A stretch of DNA of 64,000 nt from an uncultured delta proteobacterium (GTDB lineage: Bacteria > Desulfobacterota > Desulfomonilia > Desulfomonilales > Desulfomonilaceae): the NCBI GenBank assembly GCA_963789265.1, contig CAWBKB010000003.1, positions 1,088,001 to 1,152,000 of the forward strand, given 5' to 3'. Below, piece by piece: positions 62,746 to 64,000 of this stretch. Both the position numbers and the translations under genes were made by a program. The notes under the pieces are model-generated. The model did not search any database. It was not told where the DNA came from and saw only the letters and a list, made by a program, of their open reading frames with translations. Numbering within the stretch: the stretch's first letter is position 1; every line of letters begins with the position of its first letter.

Positions 62746-63669
62746 ATGCCACCTGTTGAAATCATGGAGGACCTGTTTTTTATCCAGAGAGGATACCTGA
62801 ACGGCAATCATTTTGTATACAGGTCTGAACGTCCAATTCTCATTGATACGGGATACGTATCGGACTTTCACACAACCGCGGCACTCATTAAGAGCTTGGG
62901 GCTTGACCTTTCCCGCACTCGAATGATTGTCAGCACGCATTGTCATTGCGACCACATAGGCGGCAACAAGATCATACAGGAAGAGGCTTCCTGCGAGATT
63001 GCAATGCATAAGATCGGCAAACACTTCATTGATGTTCGAGACGATTGGTCCACGTGGTGGAAATACTATCATCAGTCAGCCGATTTTTTTGTTTGTACCA
63101 CTGCCTTGGAGGACGGCGCAAAAATATCTATAGGCCCGCATGAATTTGAGGTGATCTATACCCCCGGCCATTCCTCGGATGGAATAGTGCTCTATAGCGC
63201 CAAAGATAAAGTCTTGATATCGTCAGACACTCTCTGGGAAAACGACCTGGCCGTCATAACTATCCGCGTAGAAGGCAGCAAGGCCTGTTTTTCTATGATT
63301 GAATCTCTTGAGAAACTGGAAAAGCTGGAGGTCAAGATGGTTTATCCCGGGCACGGGCGGCCTTTCACCAATATGCAAGAGGCAATATCAATGGCAAAGC
63401 GAAGGCTGAACGGGTTCCTTGCCGATCCCAAACGCATCGGGAAGGACCTCATAAAGAAAATCATCATTTACACTCTGATGATGAGAGACCGAGTGGACGA
63501 GGATTCATTCTTTGACGACTTGATGCAAACTCACTGGTTCAAAGAAACTGTGGAACTCTATTTCAACGGGAGTTATCGCTCCAAGTACGACGAAATAATG
63601 AAAAGCTTCTTCCAGCGCGGTATTGTCAAGAGCACAGATGGGAAGCTATATACTACGGTGAGGCGCTGA
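62746..63669 (+). CDS. Metallo-beta-lactamase fold hydrolase
   Basis: IDTG, THCHCDHIGG, TPGHS, YPGHG. Confidence 0.92.
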   Translation: MPPVEIMEDLFFIQRGYLNGNHFVYRSERPILIDTGYVSDFHTTAALIKSLGLDLSRTRMIVSTHCHCDHIGGNKIIQEEASCEIAMHKIGKHFIDVRDDWSTWWKYYHQSADFFVCTTALEDGAKISIGPHEFEVIYTPGHSSDGIVLYSAKDKVLISSDTLWENDLAVITIRVEGSKACFSMIESLEKLEKLEVKMVYPGHGRPFTNMQEAISMAKRRLNGFLADPKRIGKDLIKKIIIYTLMMRDRVDEDSFFDDLMQTHWFKETVELYFNGSYRSKYDEIMKSFFQRGIVKSTDGKLYTTVRR

Positions 63670-63725
63670 AAGAGGGTTGCGTGCTTCCTAGGCTTTGGGC
63701 AGGAACGCATTCCATTCGACAGAGT

Positions 63726-64000
63726 CTAAAACATCTTCATGTCTCGTTCACTCCGCCAAACTCGGACAATACGCACACAACGTTTGTCAATGCGATAAAC
63801 TATACGAAAGGGCGGATGTATAATCTCCCGTAAATTAACGTTTCCGAACTCGGGCACAATCCGGCCGCGCTCGGGAAAGGAGGCAAGCCTTTCCACTGCT
63901 GAAAAAATCTCCTCCACCAACCGCTCACCTACTTCGGGAATCTGCTGCTCAGCGTACCAGGTGCGGATAGCCTCAAGATCTTGCACCGCCGAGACAGCAA
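63726..64000 (-). CDS. RelE/ParE-family toxin (5' end beyond window)
   Basis: AVQDLEAI..., LASFPERGRIVPE, REIIHPPFRIVY. Confidence 0.85.
   Translation of the reverse strand, partial: AVSAVQDLEAIRTWYAEQQIPEVGERLVEEIFSAVERLASFPERGRIVPEFGNVNLREIIHPPFRIVYRIDKRCVRIVRVWRSERDMKMF

Overview
Core-chromosome window from an anaerobe that looks like a deltaproteobacterium (Desulfobacterota-like; inferred from the DsrMK-like pair, hyp genes and selenoprotein use). Gene content in order: rpsO-pnp-M16 peptidase, a TPR/aspartyl protease, smc, pstSCAB with an 8-unit PHO-box-like array, a sirtuin, an ECF sigma/anti-sigma/trxA/trxB operon, hisIG, M48 peptidase, NfeD-flotillin, a ferritin-like / tandem SagB-nitroreductase / selenocysteine-rhodanese-ferritin cassette bracketed by inverted palindromes, copZA, a stand-alone DsrMK-like pair, an orphan ABC-type ATPase, ilvC, cysE, ssb, a family-5 ABC importer plus glycosyltransferase, gdh, hypFCDE, orphan antitoxins, a K+-channel-like gene, lepB, LysR, an MBL hydrolase and a ParE/RelE toxin. 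Main non-obvious observations: (1) an in-frame UGA at a rhodanese active site followed by a SECIS-like hairpin, joining two ORFs into one selenoprotein; (2) that three-gene cassette is flanked by inverted repeats with identical arms; (3) a MITE family with IS66-like ends and 8-bp target duplications carrying different palindromic cargo; (4) 11 apparent frameshifts, 10 of them +1 insertions at GAAC/GTTC/GTAC sites, suggesting motif-specific sequencing error, possibly caused by DNA modification. No rRNA, tRNA or CRISPR array was recognised. All product calls come from motif recognition by eye; no database searches were run.
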